This document shows, in pieces, positions 50,461-62,755 of a DNA stretch of 64,000 bases. Each line of letters begins with the position of its first letter. Positions within the stretch are counted from its first letter, which is position 1. Under the pieces are notes generated by a model that was not told the DNA's origin, did not search any database, and worked only from the letters and a program-made list of their open reading frames with translations. Both the position numbers and the translations under genes were made by a program. Origin of the DNA: Leucoraja ocellata (Eukaryota); assembly GCA_036785375.1 (NCBI GenBank), contig JAWMAR010002538.1, positions 62,001 through 126,000 on the forward strand. The letters run 5' to 3'.

Positions 50461-51629
50461 CTCCTGATATAACTCTGCCACCTATTATCTTATAGAGCTA
50501 AGCCTTCATGCAGGTACAACTGGTTAAAACTTTCCAACTGAACAAAAGCTTGTCAACTCCCTCTAAAAATAGTTTAAACATGAAGTTCCTGGGCAGTCCA
50601 ACTGACCATCTGGGAACTTTTTAAATTTTTCTTTGCATCTACTGTAGTAATACTAATGATGTCCTTGAATGTTTGACAGAACCTGCTCACGTGATCATTT
50701 TCAAGTTATACTTAACCATCTGGGTTGAGGCAAAGCAGAAACACCTCTGAAATATCTTGCCAAGTTATTTGGCGACAACTTTAGTTTTCACTTTGTTCTG
50801 CTATTTAGTTCCGATTTTTTTGATTTATGACTGATTATAAGAAAATTCACTTACCATTAAGGTCTACCTTAATTTTCCAGCATCTGCAGTTCCTTCTTAA
50901 ATACCATTAAGGTCTAATTGTTAATAGAAGCTGATAATAGGCACCTTTACTGTTTTTTCCGATTTTGAAAATTATTTGCAATTCCAGAGCAGCATCATGC
51001 TGGACACCTTCAGGGAAACAAAACTGCAATGATCCTAGTGATCACTACTTTCAACATGAAACCTGCGTTTCACTTTACAGTCTCAAATGTGTTACGGATG
51101 TCTTGAGGTGCCCTGAGGCTGCAGTATAACATGTTCCATATACCTTTGGTTCTTACAATGGCAAATAAATTACTATTATTTAAAAGATCAATGGACTCCG
51201 GGCACATTTCATTCCCTATTTTGAAGATGGGAGAATAACTATCCCAAAACTTCAAAACTTTATATTTTCCATCCTTACAATTTGCATTTCCAGTTCTTGC
51301 CTTATTCATCACTGGCCTTTCAGAATTTGCTTTTTAACTGTCATGCTTCTAGCATTGCTGAATATTGACAAACTTAAAGCTTCACACCAACTACAAATGT
51401 AAAAATCTATCAGCAATTTGCCTTAAAATTTTTTAATTATGCAGTTTTCCTTCAATTACAAGAATTTACTCAGAAGTTGTTGCATTTATTAAATCGTTGA
51501 GAGAATGGAATGAGTTAACTGTTCATGAATAATAGATGTATGTTTTATCAAGGTGCGCCAAGATGTAATAATCACAAATCATAAACAAATTCAAGTTCGA
51601 GCATAAGGGAAAGAGCAAAGCACTTAGAA

Positions 51630-51900
51630 AAAAATCAAGGTAATCAGGCAAAGTCAATATGATTTTGTAACTGGGAAATCACCTTTGACCAATTCATGAC
51701 TTTTTTGTAGAAATACTGTGCGGTACAAATAAAGGGAACCCAGAAGATAGACTAAGATTTCCAGGAGGCATTTTAAGTGCTGCATCAAAGGGTATTATGG
51801 AAGATAAAACCTTGTGGTGTGAATTGGCATGTGTAGATGACTGGCTAGCTAATGGGAACAATAAATGGGTCTTTTTCACGTTGGCAGGGTATAAAAAGAA
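51630..51900 (+). mobile_element. Very old CR1 RT remnant
   Basis: Degraded SQ.GF..GKS.LTN and DFQ.AF motifs. Confidence 0.55.
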
Positions 51901-54900
51901 ACATGCAATGGGGATTGGTGTCCGCACGCGAATCAGCTGATTTATCCATATCTACCAACTTCTTAGTTAGTCCATCTGTCTGTTTCAGTCTTTTATCTTA
52001 AATGTTCGGTTTCTAAAATGCATCAGCATGTGAAGATCAATGGGACATGCTTGGTGCTCTGAAACAAAGTGCTCTGAATACATAAAACTGAAATACTCAG
52101 CAAACTCTTCCGGTATACACAAAGTATTCCTGTTCTTTCCATATAAAGTGCTATATTTTTACAGTGAAAAAGATTTTTATGCAGGATTGGCCATTTACAT
52201 GAATTGCGAAGCAAATCACTCAGATAATTAATTATATTTAATGTGGATTTTATAAAGTTCAATGGATTTGCTACTGAAATGCTTCAGTGCAACGGTAAAC
52301 ATTTTACGTACAAAATTGCCAACTGACCGTGCAGCTTTACTTTGTGCAGTAAAGGTAAGTGCTGTATGCTGATCCATTTGACAAACAACATAAAATCCAG
52401 CAACTTTGTTAGTAGTTTGTAAAACAAATTGACTAAATGTAACTGCAATAAAGTACAACAGATGTTTTTAAAAGCCGTGTGATATTAAGGGAAAACTCCG
52501 GGATGAAGCTCCACAATAGCTCCACAAGCTATTCTCGAGTTTGCATTTTATTTTTGTTTGCTTTGGTTCTACATATCTGCTCAGATTATACAATGACTGT
52601 GACTGAGAGTAAAGCTTGGAAAAATATTCCTAAGGCCTTCAGCAATGTCAAAAGTTAGATGGCTTACAATTCAAGCAGTCTACATTTCCAAGGCTTGCTG
52701 TGGAAACATTATATGCTTACTTTTGCCCTCAGTTCCAAGCAGTAGTCTTCTCAGCTTCCCAGCTGTTCAAAGTTTTCTGCAATGCTGGAGTGACCTGAGA
52801 GCAATGTGTAGACAAAAACATATCTGTCTTGACATTCAGTCACACAGCAACATCTTTTAACAAAATTGGTTTCCGCAGAATGGAACATGATCATGACGAT
52901 TTCCTAGTTACATTATGTCAAAGCAGAAATAAGATTGGGCTCTTACAGTTGTGACCGACACTTGCCCAATTAATGTTTATAGATGCAGATATAATGATGC
53001 AAGTACCAGCTCAACATAATGAGACCGGTGCTGTAAATCTGAAATTAAAACAGAGAGTGCTGGAAACACTCAGGTCAGGAATATAAAGAGACACAGAGAT
53101 AATGTCTCAGCTCATGGAACTTCCTCACATTTTCTGCTTCCCCCTTTGTATGGAAGAGGCATACAAGTATGTCCCATCCCAGTACCAAGGGACTCAATTC
53201 AAATGACTTGCACAACTAGTTCTTCTAGGCTTGCACACCAAAGCTCAAAACTGTTGCCAAATTGCCAATTACCCTCCCTGGCCCATTTATCTCCCAGAAC
53301 CTCATATCATAATCCAACTCCTAAGGTACCATGCTTACACAGGTCCCTCTGGTCAGCGATTGGAGTACACCCTGGCCCAATAGTCCTTCAAATTATTCAT
53401 CGTTCCGTTTCCGCCCCCTACCTCACCAGACCCATCTGTTTTGCAGTACAATGTGCAAAGGAAAGGCCTTTCCTGGTGGGAGGTCGATTGAGTAGTGGTC
53501 AATGTCTTGAGCTTCAGGCATCACCAAGTTCCATGCGACAGGCCTACAAACAAATTAGCTACTGGCAGTTGCACAGGGATCAATTAAAGCACCTTGGGAG
53601 GATGTGATGACTGTCTAGGCACTCGAATGGCATTTTGTGATCTTAGTTGCAGAAAAGCGGAAAGGAAGGCAGTCCTACTGAGGTTATTTACCCTGTTTTA
53701 AGTAATCCCATTTTTTTTGCATGGGGAAAGCAGCTGCTAACTACAAATCATTGCAGCCAATTATTCTGGAGTGTTACTTTAATTTCAGTGTACATCATAA
53801 CAGTGTTTAGCAAAATAAGATAATGAAATCAAAAACAATGAAACAGAAAAGACTGGATTCCAGTGTAAACCATGTTTTCAAACAGGTTGTGTGTCTGGAC
53901 TCAGAGAACCAACTCTTTGCACTTTTAAATGTCAAGACCGAATTTACAACTTTGAATTTGCACAGAAAGAAAAAGGAAATTGGAACTGTCAGCTTATGTA
54001 AAGACAGACCAGACTTTCATCTATTGTTATTTTTGCCGCAAGGGACAGTCCAATTTAATGCGGCTGTCTGTTAAAAATGTACTTGACCAAAAGAACTATT
54101 GTAAATACTGAATTCTTCCTCAGGGCAAGCATTAGGTTAGTACACATAACGGACCAGACTACAAGGCAATTATTCAATAAATCCATTAGAAATTAGATTT
54201 TATTTTTATTTAATCAAATTGAACTTCAAGGGGAGTGTAAGTTAGAAAATTTGTATTTCCATTTATCAAGAAATTTAGAGGCAGACTTTCATGTTTGCAA
54301 CAGTTGAACGACATCAATTCAAAGTGACTGCAGCCATTATGCTGAATATTGCTCAATCTTTGTGTGAAGGGCTCAAACCTTAAGCCACCAGTTTTTTTCT
54401 TTAATTATTCAAAATCTTATTAACCATCAACCTATATATAGGATGCATATCCATAAAAATGCATACCCATTTTCTGACCTTTTTATGAAGTAACTGAAGA
54501 TGTGCCTGTTATTTGATTAACTTTGCCATTCTCTCCTCCTATTATATTTTGTTGTAAACTCATGGATCATGCCTATGCCCATCAATCTAGCATTTCAATA
54601 CAACAGCAAGGAAATGGTATACAGACTTTTCCCCATTGAAAGCTTCTGTTTAGATAATAATTTTGTGCTTTTAACGCGTCTAATTAAAAATTCTGAATTG
54701 AATTCTGAATGATCCTTCATTTACAATCCTGCAGATATCTTGTACTTTCACAGTAACAGCAATATATATCAAGAACATAGATCGCTGATGATATATTGAT
54801 TACTTAATATCAAGACAGGAGCTTGGTATTTTATGGCCTTTGGATAAGTCTACACCAAGACATTACCTCACCCAATTATTGTTAACTGTCTTCACACAAA

Positions 54901-55723
54901 CATTTAAGGAAAAAGGTATTTCAATGTTGAGCTTGCAATCACAACAGAAAATACAAGTTTTCAATGTGACAGATTAATATTCCCAAGCCATTAAAACAAT
55001 TGCAAATAAAGCTTGCCTTAAGTATGTACTATCTCAGCAAGCGACCTTAAACAAATTGCAGCCTAGAAGTATAATTTATCAAGATAACAGCACAAAATCT
55101 GCAAACTAAAATACCCAAGACAAGCAATTATGATGTCTGAAAATGTTGTTTAAATTCAGCACGTAAAATGGTCTAGCAGACACAATTTTGAAACTTAAAA
55201 TGCTTACAAAGAAAAAATGGTTTATGTAAAATGATTGTATTAATACATTAGGTGCCTATCCAATTACAAATCACATAACTACATATTGAAAACCTGCCAA
55301 TGTACTCATTCGTCATTCAACGAGCTTTCTGATGAAAAAAACATACACTTAAAAACAAAATGCACAACGTAAATCTGAGAATCCAACAATTAAGCTTACT
55401 GATTAAAAATATATAATGTGGTGCATCTCACTGTTGCACATGTTATTATCCCCAGGAATAGGAAATATTCGGAAACATAAGGAGGCCTTTCCATCCATTA
55501 TAGCAGTGCTGTTATATCCATTCATCTTAAGGCATTTAAGTATTCACCTTCTAATTGTTCTTTTGAATTAGTCTATCATAATACATTGTGTTCAGTTAGA
55601 AACTGAAGCAATGCGTCTAGGGTATTTGTACATGTAGAAGAGGAGCAAAAAAATGAAGGAACAGCAAATGGGAATTCGTCATAAGGTGACATCAAGTTTA
55701 TTCCATCCTCCCAGACAGCCGTA

Positions 55724-56993
55724 AGCCCCTGTCCCACTTTCACGACCTAATTTACAACCTCTGCTGAGTTTGTCCTTGACTCGTACTCGCAGCATGGTCG
55801 CCACAAGGTCGTAGGAGGTCTTCCTCATGCTCGTGAGTGGTCTCCGCCTACTCGTGGCATCAAGTAGGTCGCGGCGTTTTTTTCTAGCCTGACAAAAAAT
55901 GTCCATGAGTTAAAAAAAAGGTTGGCATGGAAAAAATCTATACTTTTTACTCGTAAGTAGGTCATAGTAGATCGTGATGCTAGTCGTAGGTAGTCGTAGG
56001 CGGTCGTAGGTATTAGCTCCTGGGTGAGAAAAAGGTCAGTAGAAAAAAAAGGTTATTTAAACAGCAGAACGTCACCTCTCTCACTCCAAGGCATGTTCAT
56101 TCATAGCTGGAGAGTTTTTGGAGAGGAGACTTGTGTTTTAGAGATGGCACCAAAAAGGCAGCAGCGCAGGGGGAAGGGCACAACCCTAAAAAGAACGGCC
56201 ATGCAGGTGTTGCCCACCCAAGAGGAGGAGTGGCAGGAGGTGATTCCGCAGGAGGTGATAGTGCAGGAGGAGGTAGCCCTGCATGAGAGACCCTTGGAGG
56301 AGGAGATCGGGTGGTAGTATATGTCCCCACCACCACCCCATCCTTCACTGCGTCATTTGAGGCAGCGAAGCAGCCCTTTCTCCTGTGTCTGACGCAGCAT
56401 CAGAGGCAGATGCCCCATTGGTAGTGAGGGAGGGCTGGAGGAAGGTTAAGCCCTACACCTTCACCAGGCAGCAGGAGGAGGACCTTGAGGAATGGTTCCA
56501 GCAGAAAGCCATCCTGTACGAAAAGGAAAATGAGGGGTACAGGGACAAGAATGGCATGCTTGCCTTCCACTGCCCCACATGTGTGCTTAAAGTTCCATCT
56601 TTTGTCAAAGCCCAGCGCCACTGTCTTCCAGTCATCTGGTGTACTGGGACAGTCCATCACATCATCTCCATTCACCCATTGAGACCTCTTCTTGTACTTT
56701 CTCTCCACCCTTGCTCTTCCCCTTCTGCCTGTCTTAAAAGGCTGCTGAAGCAAAAGGGCTACTGCAAACAGCAGTAAAACGTACATGGTCGAAGCCAGTC
56801 TTCAACATAGTCGAAGGAGGTCTTCTTCACAGTCGTGGGAGGTTGTAGACATAGTCGTGGCAGGTCGTAAGAGGTTGTACACATAGTCGTGGAAGGTCGT
56901 AGGAGGCCGTAGGTTACCGCGACCGTGATTTTTTTTAGGTCGTTTAAGGTCGTCAGAGGTCGCGATTTAGGTCGTGAAAGTGTGACAGGGGCT
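55724..56993. mobile_element. Internally deleted PIF/Harbinger transposon with remnants of both genes (MADF/Myb-like on plus, DDE transposase on minus)
   Basis: TIRs agcccctgtcccactttcacgacctaa / ttaggtcgtgaaagtgtgacaggggct; GTA/TTA flanks; plus strand FTRQQEEDLEEWFQQKAILYEK..GYRD; minus strand CPSTPDDWKTVALGFDKRWNFKHTCGAVEGKH. Confidence 0.88.
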
Positions 56994-57870
56994 TTAATCC
57001 ACAGCAATTTGCCAAAGGGTAGGCAACTAAATATCTTCTATGATAAGTCTTAACAAGGCTGTGTTCTTAGTCCCTCACTATATCTCCTATCCACTCGACT
57101 TGGCAGCAAAATCTGCCCCAATTCCATTTACAAGTTTGCAGAGGACACCACCGACATGGGCTGAATTTTGAACAATGATGAGATGGCATACAGGAAGGAG
57201 AAAGAAAACTCAGCAACATAGGTGTCAAGGTAACAACCTTTCCCTCAACGTCAGCAAAAATGAAGGAGCTGATTGATGGCTTCAGGATGTGAGACCCAAA
57301 TCAGTATCAATGATGCTTAAGTAGAGACAGTCAAGCTTCAAGTTTATAGGTATAAATATCACCATTAATCTCTCCTGGTCCAACCACAATGATACAATAA
57401 AGTACAACAATGCCTCTACTTCCTTCGAAGGAAATTCAGCATCTATATATTACTAAAAGTAAGATCTTGACCGCTTTTGACTCACTGTGATGTGATTTCC
57501 GAGGGAACGCCGCCACTTATGGCTGTCATTTTTGGCCACCTCGCTCAGAGCCCCACTCCGCCGGACTGGACCGGAGGATGTTTCCCATCGATGAAAAATC
57601 AGAGAGATATTAATGTTTAAAAAAATTTCACCATTCTCTCTGGTGCCCCTGCTGGTGGGAGGGGGAAGGGACTATAAAACCCGGAAGGGCAAGGGGAATT
57701 CCTGCATTCCAACCCGCTCGGCCCAGCTGGGATCCCTCGCCCTCTCCATCTCTACCCTCCTCTCTCTAACCCCCTCCCTCTCTACCCCCATCACCTCCCT
57801 CTCTACTCCCTTCCCCTCCAGCACTCCAACCTGCTCGACCCCGCTGAGACTCGTTCAGCCCCGCATGCTG

Positions 57871-58174
57871 GGCTCCGCGCACACAAGGAGGGCTCCAAGC
57901 ACTGGATTCAGGACTAGGGGCCCATCGTGGAGTGTTACACCCCGGCCTTTTGAGATTCCGCAAGCCCGACTTCACCTCTCTCGACGTACTCGCCTACTCG
58001 CTGACAGTGGCATCCCAGCCAGCATCAATATCACCAACTACGACGATATCCGTCAGACGGTGGGGTTTAAAAACGTCGCGCTCAGTAATGCGCTGGCAGT
58101 GACCTACTACATCCAGAAGGAGAAACACCTTTCTGGAGGATCATGACAAGGACCTGTACATCAAGTGGGAAGGC
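57871..58174 (+). pseudogene. DPP3: Dipeptidyl peptidase 3 (DPP3) fragment, intronless, with an internal deletion
   Basis: With frameshifts: [19 protein letters not shown] // [71 protein letters not shown]; recalled human DPP3 reads AHKRGSRFWIQDKGPIVESY // [73 protein letters not shown]. Confidence 0.92.
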
Positions 58175-58230
58175 TGGGTGCTGGCTCGAAGGGCCGAATG
58201 GTCTACTCCTGCACCTATTGTCTATTGTCT
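58175..58230 (+). mobile_element. CR1 extreme 3' end fused to the DPP3 fragment
   Basis: ggtgctggctcgaagggccgaatggtctactcctgcacctattgtctattgtct matches the tails at 38775-38823 and 8752-8810. Confidence 0.93.
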
Positions 58231-60721
58231 CCAAACAATGGCCAGTAGGCCTCATCCGGCCCGCCACGAGATTTTATCCGAACCGCAGCAAGCTCAGCGC
58301 AGGGCGGAGCGTGTCTGTTAGGTGTCGAGTCGATTCGAGTCAGGGTGCGGGGCGGCCCGGAGCTGCTCTTAGTGTTGTTTCTGGGTAGGTCCCTCGAATT
58401 GTCAGAGATGAGACATAACAGTGCCACCGTGAAGAAGGGTGCAATGGGGGCTTGGGGGGGGGGTTGTTTGGCGGCAGCAGTCAGAATGGGTCGGCAGCGC
58501 GTTATAAAGTGCGATCGTTCCTCTCTGCCTCCACCTCACCCTGCCTCTCTTTCTCCTCTCTTTCTGCCTCTCTCTCCCTGCCTCTCTCTCTCTCTGCCTC
58601 TCCCACTGCCTCTCTATCTCTCTCTGCCATTCTCTCTCTCTCTGCCTCCGCCCTCCCTCCCTATCTACCCCCCCTCCCTCTCTACCCCCCTCCCTCTCTA
58701 ACTCCCTCCCTCTCTAGTGAGTGGTGAGTATTGGGACCTATGGGTGAGTGGTGGAATATTGCGTCCGGGTTCCAGCCCTCCCCTGTGACGCTGCGCGCCT
58801 CCCCTACACCTCACTCTCTACCTCCCTCCCTCTCCCTCTACCCTCCCTCTCACCCTCTCTACCCCTCCCACCCTCTCTATCCCCTTCCTCTCTACCCCCC
58901 TCCCTCTCTAGCCGTGCCTGCGCAGTTGGGGGCTATGTGTGAGTGGATAGGGCGGGAGATGGGGGAAAAGGAGCGAATTAATAATATTGATATAATATCA
59001 AGAGGGGGGGGGGGGGTTAGTGTGTGTGTGTGACGTCGTAGGCCGCCCCCTCCCCCCCACGCAACCGCACGTTGAGGGGACGGGAGTCAACAGGTCCCAC
59101 TTGGTCTTGTCTCCAATAACTCTTACCGATTTCTACAAATGCACCATAAAAAGCATCCTATCCAGATACACCAACAACTCTACTTCCTTAGAAGGTTTAG
59201 GAAGTTTGGCATGTCCCCAACAACTCTCACCAACTTCTACAGAGGCACAATAGAAAACATTTTATCGGGAAACATCACAGCATGATTTTCACCCTGGCCA
59301 CTCCTTCTTCTCCCGACTCCCATCGGCTAGATGGAAACAGATGGGGGAAATGACAATGGACAAATGGAAGCAGATGGAGGAAAGCAAATGGGAGAGGTGA
59401 TCATCACACAAACCAACCTCCCTTCCATTGACCATTTATACCTCACGCTGCCTCGGCAAGGCCAGCAGCATAATCAAGGATGAGTCACCCCTTGGCCACT
59501 CCCACCTTTCCTCCCATCAGGCAAAAGGAAAAGAAGTGTGAAAATGCACATCTCCAGATTCAGGGGCAGTTTCTTCCCAGCTGTTATCAGGCAACTGAAA
59601 CATCCTACCATAACTAGAGAGCAGTCCTGAATTACTGTCTACTGAATTGGAGACCCTCGGACTATCTTTGACCGAACTTTATGGCTTTGTCTTGCACTAA
59701 ACTTCATGCATGTTATTCCCTTGATCATGTATCTGTACACTGTGAATGGCTTGATTGTAATCATGTATTGTCTTTCCGCTGACTGGTTAGCACGTAAGAA
59801 AACCTTTTCACTGTACCTCGGTACACATGACAATAAACTAAACTCAAACTTAAAACATCACAGCTTGGTTATCATCTACTCTGCCCAAGACTGCAAAAAA
59901 TGGCAGACAATTGTGAATACAGGCCAGTCCATCATGCTAGTCATCTAACCATCCATTTATCTTTACTTCACACTGCCTTGGGGAAAAAAGGCAATCAAAT
60001 CAAGGGCCATTCACGCCCTGATCATTCTCTCTTCTCCCCTTCCCCTTGGAAAGATATATAAGCTTAAAAGCATGTACCACCAGATACAAGAACAGCATAT
60101 TCCCTGATCTTATCTGGCTCTTGAATTAACCTCTCGACAAATTCCTGATCTTCCAATCTACTTTGATTTGGTCCTTGCACTTTTTTATCTGCACTTTTTC
60201 TATAGTTGTAACATTATATTTTGCATTCTGGTACCTTTCTCTTTTGCACTACCTGATGTACTCATCTATGGTATGATTTGCCCAGATAGCATGCAAAATA
60301 AAGTTTTATGCTGTATCTCGGTACACATGACAATGATAAACCAATACTAATTCAAAAAGAAAAATGAGCTGGAGAAGAAATTATGTAGGTGGATATTTAA
60401 AAATAATTACGTTATTCAAGCAACAAAGATTTTGGAGGAAATTATATTTCCAGAATGAGAGAAATAAATTAGTTCAGATTGGTAGCTTCTGGTACTAAAT
60501 GGAAGAGAAACTGAAGAAAACATAATTGGCCCAAAACACATTTAACTTCTCTCTTCATGATGCAGTCTGAACTACTAAATATTTCCATCATCTTGGGAAT
60601 ATGGTGGTGCGAGACTGGCAGACTTTCCAGACTACTGAATTTCTCTTATACCACAACACACATTCAATTCAGCTTTTCCTAGCTGTTACATAGCAGTAAA
60701 ATAAATATCCAGCAAACCTGG

Positions 60722-60856
60722 TAAGTTTAAGGGGAGCACAGAACCAGAGCTCCAGTATGTCTAAGTGGAGCACAGAACCAGAGCTCCAGCAAGTTTAAGA
60801 GAGCACAGAGCTGGTACCCAGTTGAATTTAAGGGGAGCAGAGAACCGGTGCCCCAG
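60722..60856. repeat. Minisatellite, about 4 x 32-35 bp
   Basis: Unit ~taagtttaaggggagcacagaaccagagctccag, contiguous with no spacers. Confidence 0.85.
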
Positions 60857-62002
60857 TGGACTGGATGGTGAATCATTGGAATTTCTGAATGATATGACAA
60901 CGGATTATCAGATTTTACAGAATTTTAGGTAGACAAAATTGCTGGAGAAACTCAGCAGGTGAGGCAGCATCTATGGAGCAAAGGAAAGAGGCAACGTTTC
61001 GGGCCAAAACCCTTCTTCAGACTATTTTGTTTTTGTAGGGAAGAAGTTGAATGGTCATAAATGTACCTTTGCTGAGAAACTAACTTGTTTTAATAACAAA
61101 TTTGGAGGCTACATCAGTTACAAACGTGGAATGAGAGTAAGAAATTTAAGACAGAACCTACTGAAATCCCAAAATTGGTTGAGCTAAAGGTTTATGCTCA
61201 ATTCAGTCATGATGATCTATGTCAACCAAAATGGCAAGAACAAATTATGCAAATATGTCTGGTTAATGATAACAGCAGAACAGCTTGGATCAGTTGCTCT
61301 CTAAATTAAATGGTTACAAGGCCAAAGTGACATGCCATGATGAGGTATGGTGTACTATAGAAAACCACCATCATTTCATAGGGTGGTGCACTGGAAGCTT
61401 ATGTGCCTTTTATTCAAATATAAGACATGTTATTGTGGTATTCAACTGAACATCCTTCCAGGCCATGCAAATTATTTTCTTGTTGGGGATGTTGCAATAA
61501 CTATTTGTCTCAACAAGTTACTGCAGTTATTAAGGCATGAAATGGCTTTCATGTTACAAATTTTATATAATTGCTAGTGTTACTTGAAATGGAACTGGAT
61601 GCAGCAATAGAGAAAGGTTCTTTACTACAATTATATTTAGCACACAAAAGGAAATAAAACTTCTGTTCTGCATAATCTGATCGGACAATGAAAAAAACTG
61701 ATAAATTGACATCCTCATGAAAATAAATTGCTTTTGAAAAGAAAGAATTGCATTCTGAACAGACAGGAATGGAACACATAATACCCATTTGAATAAAGGT
61801 GTTTGCTTTATTGTCACGTGTACCGAGGTACAGTGAAAAGCTTTTGTTGTGTGCTATCCAGTCAGCAGAGCATGCTATCCAGTCTGAAGAAGGGTCTTGA
61901 CCCGAAGCGTCTTGGTTCTTGGTTCTTGGGTCCTCCAAAATATTCCAACTGGAATTTAAACTGGAGGTGGTGAAGGGAGGGATTAAGCCAGAAAGGGTAT
62001 AA

Positions 62003-62755
62003 AGAACACACACTATAGAATTTGACATAAAACACCCCCACACAGCAGAATCAAAGTTTCCCACTGTGTGGGAAGGCACCAAAGTCAGTCTCTTCCTCCA
62101 CTGTTCCTCGTGGTCAGGGCCTCCCCAAGCCCTCCGCAGTTGCAGCTACGGGCGGCCCGATGTCCAGGACCGCTCGCCGGGGTGATACAAGTCCGACGTA
62201 TGGGCTGCGGGACGTCCTCAGCGGCGTGGACACCAGAGTTGGCCCCCTCCTACCGGAGTCGGCGGCTTCCAAAGTCTGTAGGCCGCGCCGGGTGGAGACT
62301 GCTGCTGGCGACCCTCTGCAAGGCGCCCCAGGACTCCACGATGTTGTTCAGCGCCGCTCGCATTGGAAGCTCTCCGCACCAGAGCTCCACGATGTTGGAG
62401 CAGTGGCCCAACGCTCCGGAGCTCCAAACGGCGACCCAGGTAGGCATCGCCCGCTCCGCGGTGACTCCAGCGCTGCGCCGCCGCTGTAGCAGCCCTGGTC
62501 CGGTCCCCGGTCCCCGGCAGGAAAGGCCGCTCCGATCCAGCTGGTAGGCCGCGAGGTGGGGGGCGAGGATGTAACTCGGAGAAATAGTCGCGTCCCCGCC
62601 AGGAAGAGACTGGGAAACGGTTTCCCCCTTACCCTGCCCCCCGTCCCCCACATAGAAAGTTAAAGCTTCCCCTAACACAAAACTTTAGACTAACTAAAAA
62701 TAAAAAAAAGATTGAAATACAGACTGGCTGTAGGAAGAGGCTGCTGCAGTGCCCC
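62003..62755 (-). mobile_element. Non-autonomous GC-rich retroelement related to 40565-41330
   Basis: 3' hairpin 62037-62072; shared ctccacgatgtt and tcgc.tc.ccg blocks; A-rich tract near the 5' end. Confidence 0.6.

Larger units (their letters stand above)
57442..59107 (+). mobile_element. Non-autonomous Helitron carrying captured sequence
   Basis: 5' TCTATATATTACTAAAA; 3' GC hairpin ~59077-59098 followed by ttggtct (CTAG end degraded); inserted between A and T of the Rex1 host with no TSD. Confidence 0.82.
57050..60350 (+). mobile_element. Old Rex1/Babar LINE split by a Helitron (57442-59107) and by a nested younger Rex1 copy (~59170-59850)
   Basis: QGCVLSPSLY and YKFAEDTT; 'ggaaattcagca|tgtctccaataactc' rejoins as RKFSMSPITL. 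Confidence 0.82.

Noticed and set aside
57613-58146. 177-aa ORF as a functional chimeric gene
   Set aside because: Mostly low-complexity Helitron sequence; only the last ~45 codons are in the DPP3 frame, the rest of the DPP3 match is frameshifted, and the catalytic motif is absent.
60722-60856. 34-bp repeats as a CRISPR array
   Set aside because: Units are adjacent with no spacers, there are no cas genes, and the DNA is vertebrate.
62068-62678. Overlapping 100-160 aa ORFs on both strands
   Set aside because: Expected by chance in a GC-rich repeat; no recognisable domain and frames are not conserved in the related copy at 40565-41330.
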